A stretch of 60,204 nt of DNA from Nemertoderma westbladi (lineage: Eukaryota; Animalia; Xenacoelomorpha): NCBI GenBank assembly GCA_032718475.1, contig JAUCBJ010007390.1:1-60204 (forward strand). The letters run 5' to 3'. Positions within the stretch are counted from its first letter, which is position 1, and each line of letters starts with the position of its first letter. Position numbers and translations under genes: made by a program. Of the stretch, positions 48,126 through 60,203 are shown in pieces. The notes below the pieces were generated by a model. The model did not search any database and was not told the DNA's origin. It worked only from the letters and a program-made list of their open reading frames with translations.

Positions 48126-51100
48126 ATGACGGAGTTGATAGAAGATGATCTTGGTATTAGGGAGCGATATGCTCTACCTTTGCAAGCATTTGTGGATAGC
48201 TTAATACGCGGTGAAGCCGATCCAACCATTACGGAGGACGATGGTCGTTATATCGAACCGCCGATGTCCCAAGAGCAACTTGCGCGTGAATTGGACTATC
48301 GAAAATTCACCACTCGCTATACGAATCGTAATGGTACGTATATGGACTTCTTAACGACCGGCCATCCTATCGATTTACATGATACGGACGATGTAGATAC
48401 AGAGAGGGAAATGGTTCTATTTAAATATCATACCCAGCGGAGTCGTAACGATAAACCGAGAATAGATCACGAAAATTCTATTCGTAATCGACTGGAAAGA
48501 GAAAACGTTGAAGAACCGGATAAATGCCTCGACTTCAACGAATACCTAGAATTTTTGAGAGAAACCTATCTCAACATCGCCAGTCAGCAGAACTTAGAGA
48601 CTCGATATCCTCAAGGTATACATCACGACCCTGTGGTAGAACTCAAACGGCTCTATTTCACTATGATGTATCTTGCCGCCGATCGTCCACTACCTGTTAT
48701 CCCGGATAGTTTTGAACAAATAAAAAGTAAAAAAGTAAATTTTCTTCGGCCGCTAGGCCAGGGATTACGCACAAAGTCTGACGACTTATTTCCAGTGCGG
48801 TCCCCCCAGAACTTTACTCCCCAGAGGAAACTCCAGTTCTCATTTAGCTACCACTTAAGGATGCAAGGCAGAGATGCGCCCTGGCTGGTCCCTTTAAAGC
48901 ATTCGTTCCGAAACGAAAACTGCCCTGGCCCATGTGAGGATCGAACCCACGACCTACGGGAGATGTGAATTCAATGCAACCACTACACCAAGGTGGAACC
49001 TTGGAACAAATGGAAGAATACTGCAAAACTGGAGAACGATCACCCGCGTTTCCTCTACAGGACGTACGTCTTTGGTATTATTGTGACGAATGCCCTAGAC
49101 CCAACCAACAAACTGAAAGACATAAACATCCGCGGAGACGTTGCGCTAAACACAGCTTTACGCGTTACACTTACGGGAGTTTTGAGCGAAACCTGTTCGA
49201 CGTACCACCTACGATCGCTCGTCTTAAACGATCACTGAATAAACCCATGATCAGAGTTCCGGAATACTCGGTCAGGCCTCCTCATTCCCTAGTGAGACCT
49301 CAAACTCTTGATCCTAACAGTATCACTGATCCTCCCGAACTATATTCCCTGTTCAAAGACTTAGTGTTACCCGAACAATTAATCGGTGGTGTTCCGGTAG
49401 TGGGTTCGTTAGACATCCGCCCATCCTACTTAGCCGGATTGGGACGCGGGCAGCTAATATCGCCCTTTGATCCTTACAATCGTCCAGGATTAAACCCGAT
49501 GCAACCCGCCACGGAAGTCGAGGAGAGCGTTATAAGAAACGCTTTAGACGCCATTCGACAGAAAATCGGAAAGGGAACACAAGATTGTTTAGAGAAACGT
49601 AAATTACAACAACAAGTCCAATCGGTGAAGGAGTTAGCCTTGCCACAATTCGATAGAGAAATCCAAAACCTCGAGGAAGACATCGAGCTTGGACGCACGT
49701 ATTCTCTACAAGAATTTTTAGATGAACGCTTACAGAGACAAGCGGAAGAAAATCTACTCGAAGAGAAACACACGAAACTGGAAGAGAGAGAAGAAGCCGC
49801 TTTAGCCCAACCGGAAGCTCAAATCCTCATGACCGACCTCTACTCTAAAACCGTTCGTCATCCCTCGATGATTCCACATTTCGGGGACAAGCTCTTCGCG
49901 ACGATACAACCTCAACCGGTTGATATCAGTGCAGGATCGCAAAATCTTATCGCTGACGCCCCTATGTTACAGCGTCCGCCGATCGAGGCCGCTCGTGTTG
50001 ACGGTATACTCGTTGAACCTCCGGACAATCGAGCGGATCTTGTCCGTCGTATGGTACACGATGTCAACATACGCGCTAGACCTTTACAGAACTCGTTTTA
50101 TGGGATTAAAGACCACCCTTATTACGTTAATCTGACTCAATATTATATGGTAAAACCAGAAGACCCGACACATAATTTAAAGTTTCTACCACTAATAAAT
50201 CCTCTAGACATTGTCGAACTCGAACAATTGCAGAAACATCTGGATCAGTTAGTAAAGGTAAACTCATTTAGAAAACCATATAACATTTCTCGAATCGAGA
50301 AAGATATAGAACCTCCTTATAATCTCGATGGATTTATTAAAACTCGATTAGTCCATTGGAATCTAGATGTATTATTTGAAGAAGAGAAAATACAAAGATA
50401 TGGAAATGTGGAGATGTATACCACTCGGCACATGAAGTATAGTGATCTCCCTGACGCTAACCAATGCGCCACCTTGTGGCATCCAGTAGGGATGACCCTA
50501 GAGAACGCCACCAAGGAGTGGAATGAAACTCTTAATGTTATTGAGATGTATGGAGTTGTCACCTACGATAATGAAGGTAGCGTTCCGGTCGGAGAACTAG
50601 GAACTACGCGCATGATACACATACGCGGATTAGCGGGTTCTACCCACGTGTTTACTCGAGCGTGTTCCGACGTGATTGATTATTCTTTTGAAACTCTCAC
50701 CGAAACACAAAAGAATCTCCGACATGGACAATTCGAACTCGCGCAGCGTTACGTCATTGACACCGAACGCAAACCGGCCATGGGCATCGATGGATCGATG
50801 TTACCCCAGCCCGTACTCGAGATGTTATTCAACGAAAGAATCCTTAAAATCGGCTCAGCTGTTTATGGAGATCTCCAAAACGACTTTCGGAATATGGAGA
50901 ACATTCCATACCCTTTCGTTGATACTCAGTTGATTGCTCCCTGGGCAGAAGGTCGAGGTTTCTTCCGCACCATGTATGCTAATACGTCTAGCAACATTAC
51001 AAAGGTGCAACGAACTTCCATCGGACATCTTGCCTTTCAGGAATATGGATGGAATTTCAAAGTCGGAAATCCCATTAACTATCAACAAGTATACGGAGAC

Positions 51101-52669
51101 CATTATTCTCGATTATACTTTGATGGACCATTGACCGCACCTGGCGCCGTGTATAGCTTCATGAGTGTTCCACTCCGTCCCTCCTTAGCTATATACACGA
51201 TCTTTGAAAATACCGCACTTGCCGGTTGGCTAGCCGATGTGTGCAGTCGTACTATACGCGCCCATCCATTAATACTTGGGACCAAACTCGCTAAGCTAGA
51301 TGAACATAATAAATTCATCCGTTTCGAATGTTTCCGGCGATTTTTAACCCCGTTCCGCAACGTGGATAGCCAATTTAAAGACCGCGCTTTGACCAAACTC
51401 AGCCTAAGAAACTCAGCTGCAGAGAAGTTGGATAGCGCTGGATTCGCCATTTTCAAAGAGATTTGTATATCGAACTTGCACTCCTCTGTTATACAAAGAC
51501 CTCGAATCCCCACAGGTTATTCTGTCGTGGAAATTCAGACAATAGGTCCACCTGAAGAGACAGACGCGCCCACTTCAGCTATGCACTTGGAAGACGAACC
51601 AATATGTCTAGAATCTGAAGAGATTCAGCCTATCGCGCCCCGGAACAGCGACAACGATTACATCATAGAATGGTATCAAGGTCCACAGTGTCTCACTGCG
51701 TACGATTATCGACATGCCAACTATGTTTCTAGGCAACGTTGTCGGTTATGCGCATCGAGAGACCACGATACGCCCATGGACACCAACGTCCGCTGTTCCT
51801 ATTTCCAAGAACAACCGACTATGGAAATTTATTGCGCATATTGCAGACTCAATAACTTGCATATCTTTGCGGTTTGCCCTCAATTTATGACTCAATGTCA
51901 CCATTGTCAACTAAAGGGACATGCTAGTTTCGACTGCCCTTTTAATCACGATTTGGAAAGCGTAGATGAAATGATCACACTACGTTACATCAGAGCTTGG
52001 GAAGCGAACGCTGATTTACATTGTGATTCGCGCCATCGCTATTATCCCGGACGCGCTTACGAAGGAGTTTATGCGTTCCATCCTTATCTATTCGCTTCGG
52101 TTGAACAGAAATCACGCATATCAAGTTACGAGCTACTGAAGCGCGTTGGAGAATGTATTTCAACCAAATTCGTACGCAAATTTCTCAGGAGTGTTAATCC
52201 TAGCGACCTTCATTCCTATAACTTAATCAATTATATCCGTCAGGATCCGGACTATGGAGACTTGTTTGTTAACTCACACCCCGAGTTACAGGAAGTATAT
52301 CGACGGCCTTACGAATACCGAGCCCGCGAACACGAGTTGGAAAGGACCATTAAACCCCGGAGGTTTCTAACTGCCTATGGTCCACCCACGGCCCTCGTTC
52401 AGACCACTCGTAAAGGACCCGTAAGAGCGGCTGTCTTGAAACGAGCTCTCAAAGCCGTTAGACCCCTCTCCCTGGACGTTGATGTCAATCAACCCGGTAC
52501 TTCGACTGGCGGATACACCGACCATAATCCTACACCCTCTGATGCAATCATATTGCACCCTTCACCCAGGAGTTATAGCCCTCCTTGTAAAGTGGCTCGC
52601 CCCAAAGAGAAAAGGACTCTGGCTAGCTTTAAGAAACTGCGTAAACGCCGTCCGCGCAAGAAAGACTAA
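48126..52669 (+). CDS. Retrotransposon cargo gene, ~1417 aa after removing the SINE: coiled coil, DEDDy (WRN/EXD/Mut-7-like) 3'-5' exonuclease, CCHC knuckles, basic C-terminal NLS-like tail
   Basis: ExoI VVTYDNEG; ExoII LPQPVLEMLFNERILKIGSAVYGDL; FVDTQ; SIGHLA; ExoIII-like PLRPSLAIYTIFE; CAYC..H..C and CHHCQLKGHASFDC; KKLRKRRPRKK. Confidence 0.75.
48722..49003 (-). mobile_element. tRNA-derived SINE with 8-bp TSD GAACAAAT (48714-48721, 49004-49011)
   Basis: Minus-strand A-box TGGTGTAGTGGT, B-box GGTTCGATCC and (TTTAC)-like tail. Removing it restores the host ORF. Confidence 0.88.
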
Positions 52670-52747
52670 CTGTTTAGAGTATTTACGTATATTAGAAACT
52701 GTGATTTTGTATATTTTATAGACTCAAATCCCATTTTCTGGGAGCGG

Positions 52748-54017
52748 TGTAAAAGCTTCTGTGGGATATAACTGGCCCTTTTGCTTCGCAATCCAGTTTC
52801 CCCCCTAGGCGCTGGAATACTCTAAAAGGCTCTCTAACTATATATAATTTCCCCTCGCCCGCAAGGTACCGTTATAAGTGTTTTAACGGACATAAAAGTC
52901 ATTCTTCTATATACGTGTTTTGGCGGACATGGTAAGGCAAAAAACCTGCAATGCACCAAATACCTTTCACAGCTTAGCCGTGATGATTCATATTACGACA
53001 TCTAACAGCTGGTTGCTGACATGGAAACAGCCATTGGCCACATGGTTCTGATTGGCTTAAGCCAATCAGAGCGATTTTTTCTGTCGATGTGGAGCTTTTC
53101 GGCCGATCATACTAGGAGTGTTCAGTCTTACTGTTTTTCTTGATACTTTGTGTTGTTGCTTTCTAGGCCAGGAACACCGGCTCTAGAGTCAATTCGTTTT
53201 CAGACTTTAGAAGAAACATTAGTAGGCTTAAGATTATAGAGCGTATAACTGTTATCAGTTCAATTCATATCAATCATAACGACTCAATCGGCACATACAT
53301 TGTCATATCATATCTTAACCTACCGTCTTAATGTTTTACTGTTGTCATATTTTGTATTAGTTGGTTGAATATTATTTGGAGAACATTTATAAAGAACCCA
53401 AATTTCCCAATTTTCTTGATACACTACAGGTTAGAGAGACGGGTTATATATAGCGATTGCAACTTATATTATTGTGTTTGTAGTGAATTTAATGCTATTT
53501 GATAAGCACTACATTGGTCCGTTGCTGTTCTCTCTATATATGATAAAATTCATTGACGGTCGGCAAATTAGTGAGCAGTATTGTGTGTTACCAGTAGTGT
53601 GCATGATTGTGACTGATAACTAAGCATTTCCTAAAGAATGCGCCTCATACGTGAATCATAAGCCTTACCGACTTACCGTTGTGATTAGTATAAGTCATAT
53701 CTCTGTTTACCTAGATAGAGCGCCACGTCCAAAAGGAACTGTTAATATTTCCCGAAAGTAAATAATATTAGTCAGAAATTTATTAACGATCAATCGAATA
53801 ATACAGTAAGCTTACACTGCAATAATAATCTAAGCCCTCAGAATCCAGCCCCCCGGGTATATCCAGCGGGTGAATGGACGCGCACTAGGCTGGCTTCTGC
53901 TAATGTTGTGTTTATTGGTGTTAATTGGTTTTGTCAACTTCTAAAGTATATTTATAAACCAAAAGGCATAAAAATTTTGGCAGGTTAAACTGCTAAAGGT
54001 CTTCAAAAGCGCGTACA
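52748..54017 (+). repeat. 3' LTR
   Basis: Same termini and length as the 5' LTR; preceded by a purine tract and followed by the TSD. Confidence 0.95.
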
Positions 54018-55802
54018 GTAGGTTGCCGTTGTTTGATTACCTTCCGCTGACCTTGTCATCATGCCTAGCCGTTGGTTGATTATCTTCCGCCTATCCATGG
54101 CCTACAGCCCTGCTGCCGACTGTAGGGGTCCTTTTGTTACACCTTGAATCAAGTGTGCCTACTGGGTTAGGTTACCTAACACTGATAGAGGAGCATCCAG
54201 TATAGACAGAGCGGGGCGTGTATCATCTCTGTTGCAGATGCGCATCAAGCCTTTGCCTTCAATGGTGCCCTAGGCGCTATAGCCCTCAATGACTTATTTA
54301 ATTGACGGGGATAAAACCAACCCACTCTTGATCAACTAAATAATGAATAGGCTACTACTAATAGACCAGTTTAAGTAATAATAAAATCAATAATATATTT
54401 ATAAGGCGTCTTTTAAGGGCAATACTAATACTACAAGGCGCTCTAAAACAGACATGAAATAACAATTATGGGTGGGACTATTAATTAAAAACTGTAATGC
54501 ACATTATTCCGTAATGGAAAACTACTATCTAATAATAAGGTAAAAGCTTTAACGGTGTACATGTACATGTGGGTATATACAGTAGTTAAAATACAATATT
54601 ATCATTTCTGCATCAAGCATTATAAGGGATGATGGATCGAGAGTTATGAATTGTTGCACGTGTTGTTGTGAGTGATAATTTTAAACAAATATATGATATG
54701 ATATATGATATATATGATATTAGAAGGGCAATTACGTTGGAAATAATATTGGTTGTGGAGGGAAAGAATGGCGTGATATATGATGAGTGACTGACATATG
54801 ACACTATGAGAAGGAGTGTCCATTTGGATACATTGGTAGGAGACTGAACAGACAATAGTGTGTTGAACCTGACTAAATGCTGCGTTTTAATAACTTTTAG
54901 TATATATATATAGATAAGTTTTAATAATCCTTGTTTGATAATTAGTTTATATGAAGTCATACCTTCTTACATTACAAAGGCATACTGTAGCTGGAAGGAA
55001 GACTAGATAGTGCTTACAGTAGCAGCAGTGTAAAGTTATCAAAGCCAGTAAGAGAGCGGCGCCCTTTTAGATACTTACTTACTCTTTAATGGTGATTTTC
55101 TGAGTAGATAGGTTTGTATCCATGTGGACCAATATGGATCCAAGGGAATGGATAATTAAGTTCATACTCTAGTCTTACCCCTCCGCCATTTTTAAACCGA
55201 TTTTCGAATATTTTGTTTGATTTATTTTCGGCTTTTAATCAGAAGTTATAATTTTATCATAAGTTGATATTTTATATATAATTTTATCAAAAGTTTTTAG
55301 AATGTTGAAATGTTTATTATTATTATTATTTTTAAAGTAGTTTATATATATTTCATATGATGTATTTAATACTCTTTAGGACGACAGACCAAAATTAAAA
55401 CCGATCAGTTTTATAGGGTGAAGAAATTTAAACACACACGCCTCCTAAAAAATAACAACAATAATTATGTTTCAATAGTGCGACGAGTTTAAAGAATGTA
55501 AAGAAAACGAGATTGCGCTTGGGAGCTCTGACTTTGAATAACTGCTTTACCAGTTATTGCTACTGTCTTTGCTATATGCTGGGTTATGAAACCAAAGCTC
55601 AATACGTGTGTTTCGACGAGCAATGGGATAACCCGTTGCAGTTCGCACATGAGCTATATGATTATGACTTGGAGAATATTTCACAGGATGTTATAAACAA
55701 AATATTTCAGGATCTAAGTATTAATTCTCAATAATTGATTCTTGTTTATTACGAATGTTACAGTTCAATTTCTACAATAGGGCCTAACACTAAAATCATA
55801 TA

Positions 55803-56982
55803 TGGACGGTGTTATGCAAAAGGGTGTTATCCCACATTTTGTCCAAATTGAGACTTTTTGGTAGCTATTCGATAGAGGAAAGTGTAATCTACCTAATTTA
55901 TGAGATCCTATTATTGCCCAATAATTCGAAGAAATGCCTTTAAAATACAAGAAAGTTAAGCCACAGTCCGGATTTGTGATTAGTCAAAGAGTGTTAAACC
56001 ACAAATAATATTGCAAAAAAGATTTAATCCACATAATAATTTTGTGGCTTGTCATCTTTTGACATCTTTTTGCAAGTATGACACCTTTTGACAATTTAAC
56101 GTTTTGACAAAATTTGAAGTTTTCCATAAGTGTTAAGCCACATTTTGATCAATATTTCGGAGAAAATGCTATAGTCTAGCACAGTAACTTGAAAAATACT
56201 TTAATTTCCATAAATGTTTTCTTATAAAAACACAACAGTATCTGGATAATACAACAACGATCACACAGGATGTTAAAAACTTTGATATCGATTATCTCAA
56301 ATTGAACTTTTTTTGGCTTAACACCCTTTTGCATAACACTACTACTAGGATCGGGATGCTGCATTGCAGCTGCATTTTTAAGAATGCTGTGCCGGCTTGT
56401 CATCAAAATTGCACCGCCACAACTCCCTATCACCCATGACATTTGCTAGATCATCCGCATCTTTAAGGCCAGTGTCCTTTAAGATGCGTCTCAAGAAAGT
56501 CATGGGCTGTCCACCATGCTTATTCACTCCATGAGGCTGCCAAAGTACAAGATTATGCACTGGCTGGTCCTAACGGCGAAAGCAATGTCCTGCAAAGCGG
56601 AGGCGATTTTGTTCTAGTGTCAAGCTTGGGGGAACCAATGAGACACCTCCAATGTTATATAGTGTCTGGTTGGAGATGTGTGCATTGTATTTGACACAAT
56701 GTACCCGGCGTAGCATTCTTGTGAATGTGCCATCCAGAGATTTGGTGTCCTCAGCAGTTAGAGCCCAGCATGGACTCCCGTAGAGGAGTACTGGAACTAC
56801 TGCTGCTCTAAATAATCGGACCTTAAGTTTCCGATTAATTCTAGGTGACTTCCAAATCCTGGAAAGCCTATTCAAGGCTGCCCATGCCTTTCCCTTACGT
56901 ATTCGAAGGTCCTCACCTGACTTCCGGATCCATGATCCCAGGTAACAGAAGTCGTCCACATGCTCAAGCATGACACAGTCCA
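55803..56982. mobile_element. TA-flanked MITE whose right TIR is split by an RTE insertion
   Basis: tggacggtgttatgcaaaagggtgtt matches aacacccttttgcataacac (to ~56340) plus the remainder acagtcca (to 56982). Confidence 0.65.
56341..56971 (-). mobile_element. 5'-truncated RTE-like LINE, same family as 16504-17760
   Basis: Closely similar translations (DDFCYLGSWIRKS..LRFAGHCFR) and (TAG)n tail. Confidence 0.88.
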
Positions 56983-57305
56983 TACAGTACTGTATATTGT
57001 ATTTCTAATCCAATATTTATCATGATGTTTTGCAGGATGGGTTAGTTAGTCTGTCTTGTAATAAGCAGTAATTAATTAGTTTCTGTGCATCTTTCCGTAA
57101 TGCTACTGTATTATTAATAATGTATTTTTGTGGTGGTCATTAGGTTTTGTGCAAAAGACAAATATATATATATTATTGTTTATCTTTTAACAACCTTAGA
57201 TTTTCTTGAATTTTTTAAGTAATTTGAAAAGGACTTTGAATGTTCAACTCTTAGCAAATACATTTGCCATCAATGGGGATGGAACCTGTGTCTCGCAATA
57301 AACGT

Positions 57306-57366
57306 TAAATGGTTAGTGCGTCAGACTCTTCCAACCCAGAGGTCGCCAGCTCGATCCCACCTGGAC
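57306..57366 (+). mobile_element. Degenerate tRNA-derived SINE head
   Basis: taaatggttagtgcg (A-box-like) ... agctcgatccc (B-box-like). Confidence 0.4.
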
Positions 57367-58385
57367 GTCATTGCCGACTTTGCAAAGCTGTACCCAACAA
57401 AAAGTTATAACAAACGCTTAAGGTGTGCTGACCACTATTAGCCACAAACGTGGTGTAAGAACCTGCAACACTATACCACCAATGAAGCGATCGGAACCGC
57501 CTGCAGTCGAGAATCCAGTACCGCTGGCGCTGCTGACTGCATTCGATGGCGTCATGGTATCCGCAAGATTCCTTAAACCCTCGGAGAATTTGTGCCGAAT
57601 ATCTGCGACAAGCCTACGACGTTCAGGGTCATCCATATACAGACACCATGTCCTCGAATAGAACGTTATTCAGGTACCTGGACCCCCCCCCCCCCCCCCC
57701 CCCCCCCAAATCAGTAGGGAACACATGCCCAAACAGGCAGTTCAGACTTTGCAAAATGCACTGCCATATTAGGCAGTTTTAGCTAAATTTATAATAAAAT
57801 GTCAATTTTTATTAACTTCCCATTGGAAAGGCCCCTTTTTTATTTCATGGGATGAAAATATGATATGCAGCTAAATACAAAATTTGGTAGTCTTTCATGG
57901 ATGGGTATATTTGACTTTGAAAATTGCTAGTCCAAAGCATGCACTGCCAAAAATGGCAGTGTTCTGCTTAATATAGCAGTGTATTGCTTGAACTAACAGA
58001 GCACTGCACTTAAAATGGCCGTGTAAAATTTATTACATACAGATACACAGATACAATTTTGCTGGAAGCAGATGGCCCAATAAAATTAATATTATGTCAA
58101 TTAAATGTAGATACTAGATAACATAGATGTTCTACAGTAGGCCTACTACTGTACATTCTTCTTTGAATTACATGTCTTCTTTGAATTAAACTAATATATT
58201 TCTGCCTCTAGGGCCATCGTCAGAGTATGCAATGCCTAACCGATCTAGTTTACACTGGACTAATCAAATGGTAGGCCTACTGTGTATACAAAAACCTTTC
58301 GACCAAAAACCAAAAAAACGTTTTTGCATACAATACACTGGCCGCATATTTAATATTATTTTATACAGTATATAGCAGTATAATA

Positions 58386-59150
58386 AAGCTGAGCAACAGG
58401 TATGAGGTTTCTTGCCTCTGACGCTGCAGATCACTGCGAGGGCTAACCTCCTTCACAGAAGCTCAGTTAAGTTAGCAGCTGCAGAAACAGTTCCTGTATA
58501 CCCTCGAAACAGGAAAAAGGCGCCCTGGATTGACCACAAAATTCGGAAGTGCCGAAATGACCTCTCTATAAGGCGCAGAAAGAGTCCCGACTCAAACAGA
58601 CTACAGTGGCCAAGAATGCAGTTAAGGCTGCATCTATGTCCCCGAACAGGCAGTACTTGGTACTCTGTTAATCTACAGGAGCTTATAAACCAACAGGTTG
58701 ATGCCATCAATGATGGCGACAACAGCAGGCGATCATCCCAGGCATGGAAATCGATCAACTTGCTTACTGGGCGGAAAAGCCAACCAACCACCAAGGTTAA
58801 GGCCGAATCACCAGACGATCGCCTTAATGGTTGGAAGGCCCACTTTGAAAAGCTCCTCAATAATGACAGGGTATTGCCTGATAACTTTATAGAAGTAAAA
58901 GTGTCTGAGTTTGTACTCCCAGATATTCCCATTGGTGATATCTCCTTTGCAGAAGTGAAGGCTGATGCAAAGAGCAATAGGACAATCGTGCCAGTGGAGT
59001 ATATGGTGCCCCCCCCCCCCCCCCCGAATTCTTTAAAATACCTGAGTGTTTGAAGCTCATTTATCCCATCATAGTACATGTACAGAACGACAAGAGACCC
59101 ACAAGAAATGAAAACAAATAAGTTGGTACCAATTCCCAAGAAGGGCAAGG
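58386..59150 (+). mobile_element. RTE-like LINE internal fragment (APE-RT linker)
   Basis: KAPWID, AWKSINLLTGRKS, WKAHFEKLLN, LVPIPKKG; the 3' end matches 16504-16580. Confidence 0.75.
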
Positions 59151-59552
59151 GCAACATAATGAATGCCCTCTAATGTTCTTTTCGGGGAATCTCATTGGCC
59201 CCCCTGGGTCTGTTTTTACTACCCATCCTTGGTACATCTGCGAGCTAAGCTGTATGAAGGCATCTGGCGTCTCTGTTTTGGACGATCGCCCTCACTCCTT
59301 ACACAATTTTATCTCTCGGACTTTGTTGTCCCTTCCTCTCTCACTAGTCCCTTAGGACTCACTCCCCACGCTTGAATCTCGCACCCTTTTACTTCCCCAT
59401 ACCCTGACACCTCCTCCCCATACTCCTCCCATACTCAACCCGTTTCATCCTCACTCACTTCTGTTGGGCCTCACGCATGTGTACACCATGTCAGTGATAT
59501 CTGTCATCGTCCCATCCTCCTGTTTCAGTCAATGAGTCCCCAGTCCTAGTAG

Positions 59553-60203
59553 CTAATATGAAAAGGTTATATCTGACTTTAGTATGTATATTATACTTTC
59601 TCTAATATTATTAATATTCCTCCTGCACCCTCCTTGGAACCATCTAAGTTCCTTACCCCTATTGTCGTTCTGCCTGGGTTGCTTCCTCCCTTCCTGTTTA
59701 TCCTTGAGGCTACTCATCCTCGCTGATACTGTCTTACCAAGCCCTGTTGTTAGTTCTTTGGGCGCGGGTGTTTTTAACTCATGGTATCGCTTCACAGGTG
59801 GTCCCACTGAGTGTCCCTCCTGGTACCCCATGGTAGCGTCCCACAAGATCATTTTCATCGCACGCGGCACGTGTTCTGCTAGAAAATCCCTGAATTCTAT
59901 CCCATTTTCTGGTGACCATCTATCCAGATATCTTTGGGTGTTGATGACCCCTCCGTATGATGCCACTGTCGCTACCTCCTGATACGTGAATTGTAGTCTC
60001 CTCTTGGTGATCTGCTGGTGGGCTTGTAGATTAATGTTGAAGAAGCCCCACCGGAACTCCTGGGCCTTCATCCTTTGCCATGTCATGACTCCAACATCGG
60101 CCCACTCCGACGACGCGCGACAGTAAAGACATGCCATCCCCTTCTGGTAACAGTATAGACAGTTCTTTTGCTGATGGGTTAGTCTCCCACAGTAATTGCA
60201 ACC
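59553..60203 (-). CDS. Partial ORF (open to the window edge) with a CCHC knuckle; possible homolog of the cargo protein C-terminus
   Basis: Upstream of the listed ATG the frame reads GCNYCGRLTHQQKNCLYCYQKGMACLYC. Confidence 0.5.
   Translation of the reverse strand, partial: GCNYCGRLTHQQKNCLYCYQKGMACLYCRASSEWADVGVMTWQRMKAQEFRWGFFNINLQAHQQITKRRLQFTYQEVATVASYGGVINTQRYLDRWSPENGIEFRDFLAEHVPRAMKMILWDATMGYQEGHSVGPPVKRYHELKTPAPKELTTGLGKTVSARMSSLKDKQEGRKQPRQNDNRGKELRWFQGGCRRNINNIRESIIYILKSDITFSY

Larger units (their letters stand above)
31420..54017 (+). mobile_element. Giant (22.6 kb) BEL/Pao LTR retrotransposon with an extra cargo gene
   Basis: Two 1270-bp TG...CA LTRs with few differences; GTAGG on both sides (31415-31419, 54018-54022); GGGAGCGG PPT-like tract; BEL-type gag and pol. 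Confidence 0.93.

Noticed and set aside
48844-49026. Functional tRNA gene, or programmed overlap/frameshift between two ORFs
   Set aside because: No proper cloverleaf; the TSD and tail show a SINE insertion, which explains the ORF overlap.
48965-52669. Envelope (env) gene
   Set aside because: The position fits, but there is no signal peptide, furin/fusion region or TM anchor; nuclease, knuckle and NLS-like motifs are present instead.
57418-57782. Host exon in a GC-richer patch
   Set aside because: Short ORFs on both strands with no recognisable motif and no consistent splice partners.
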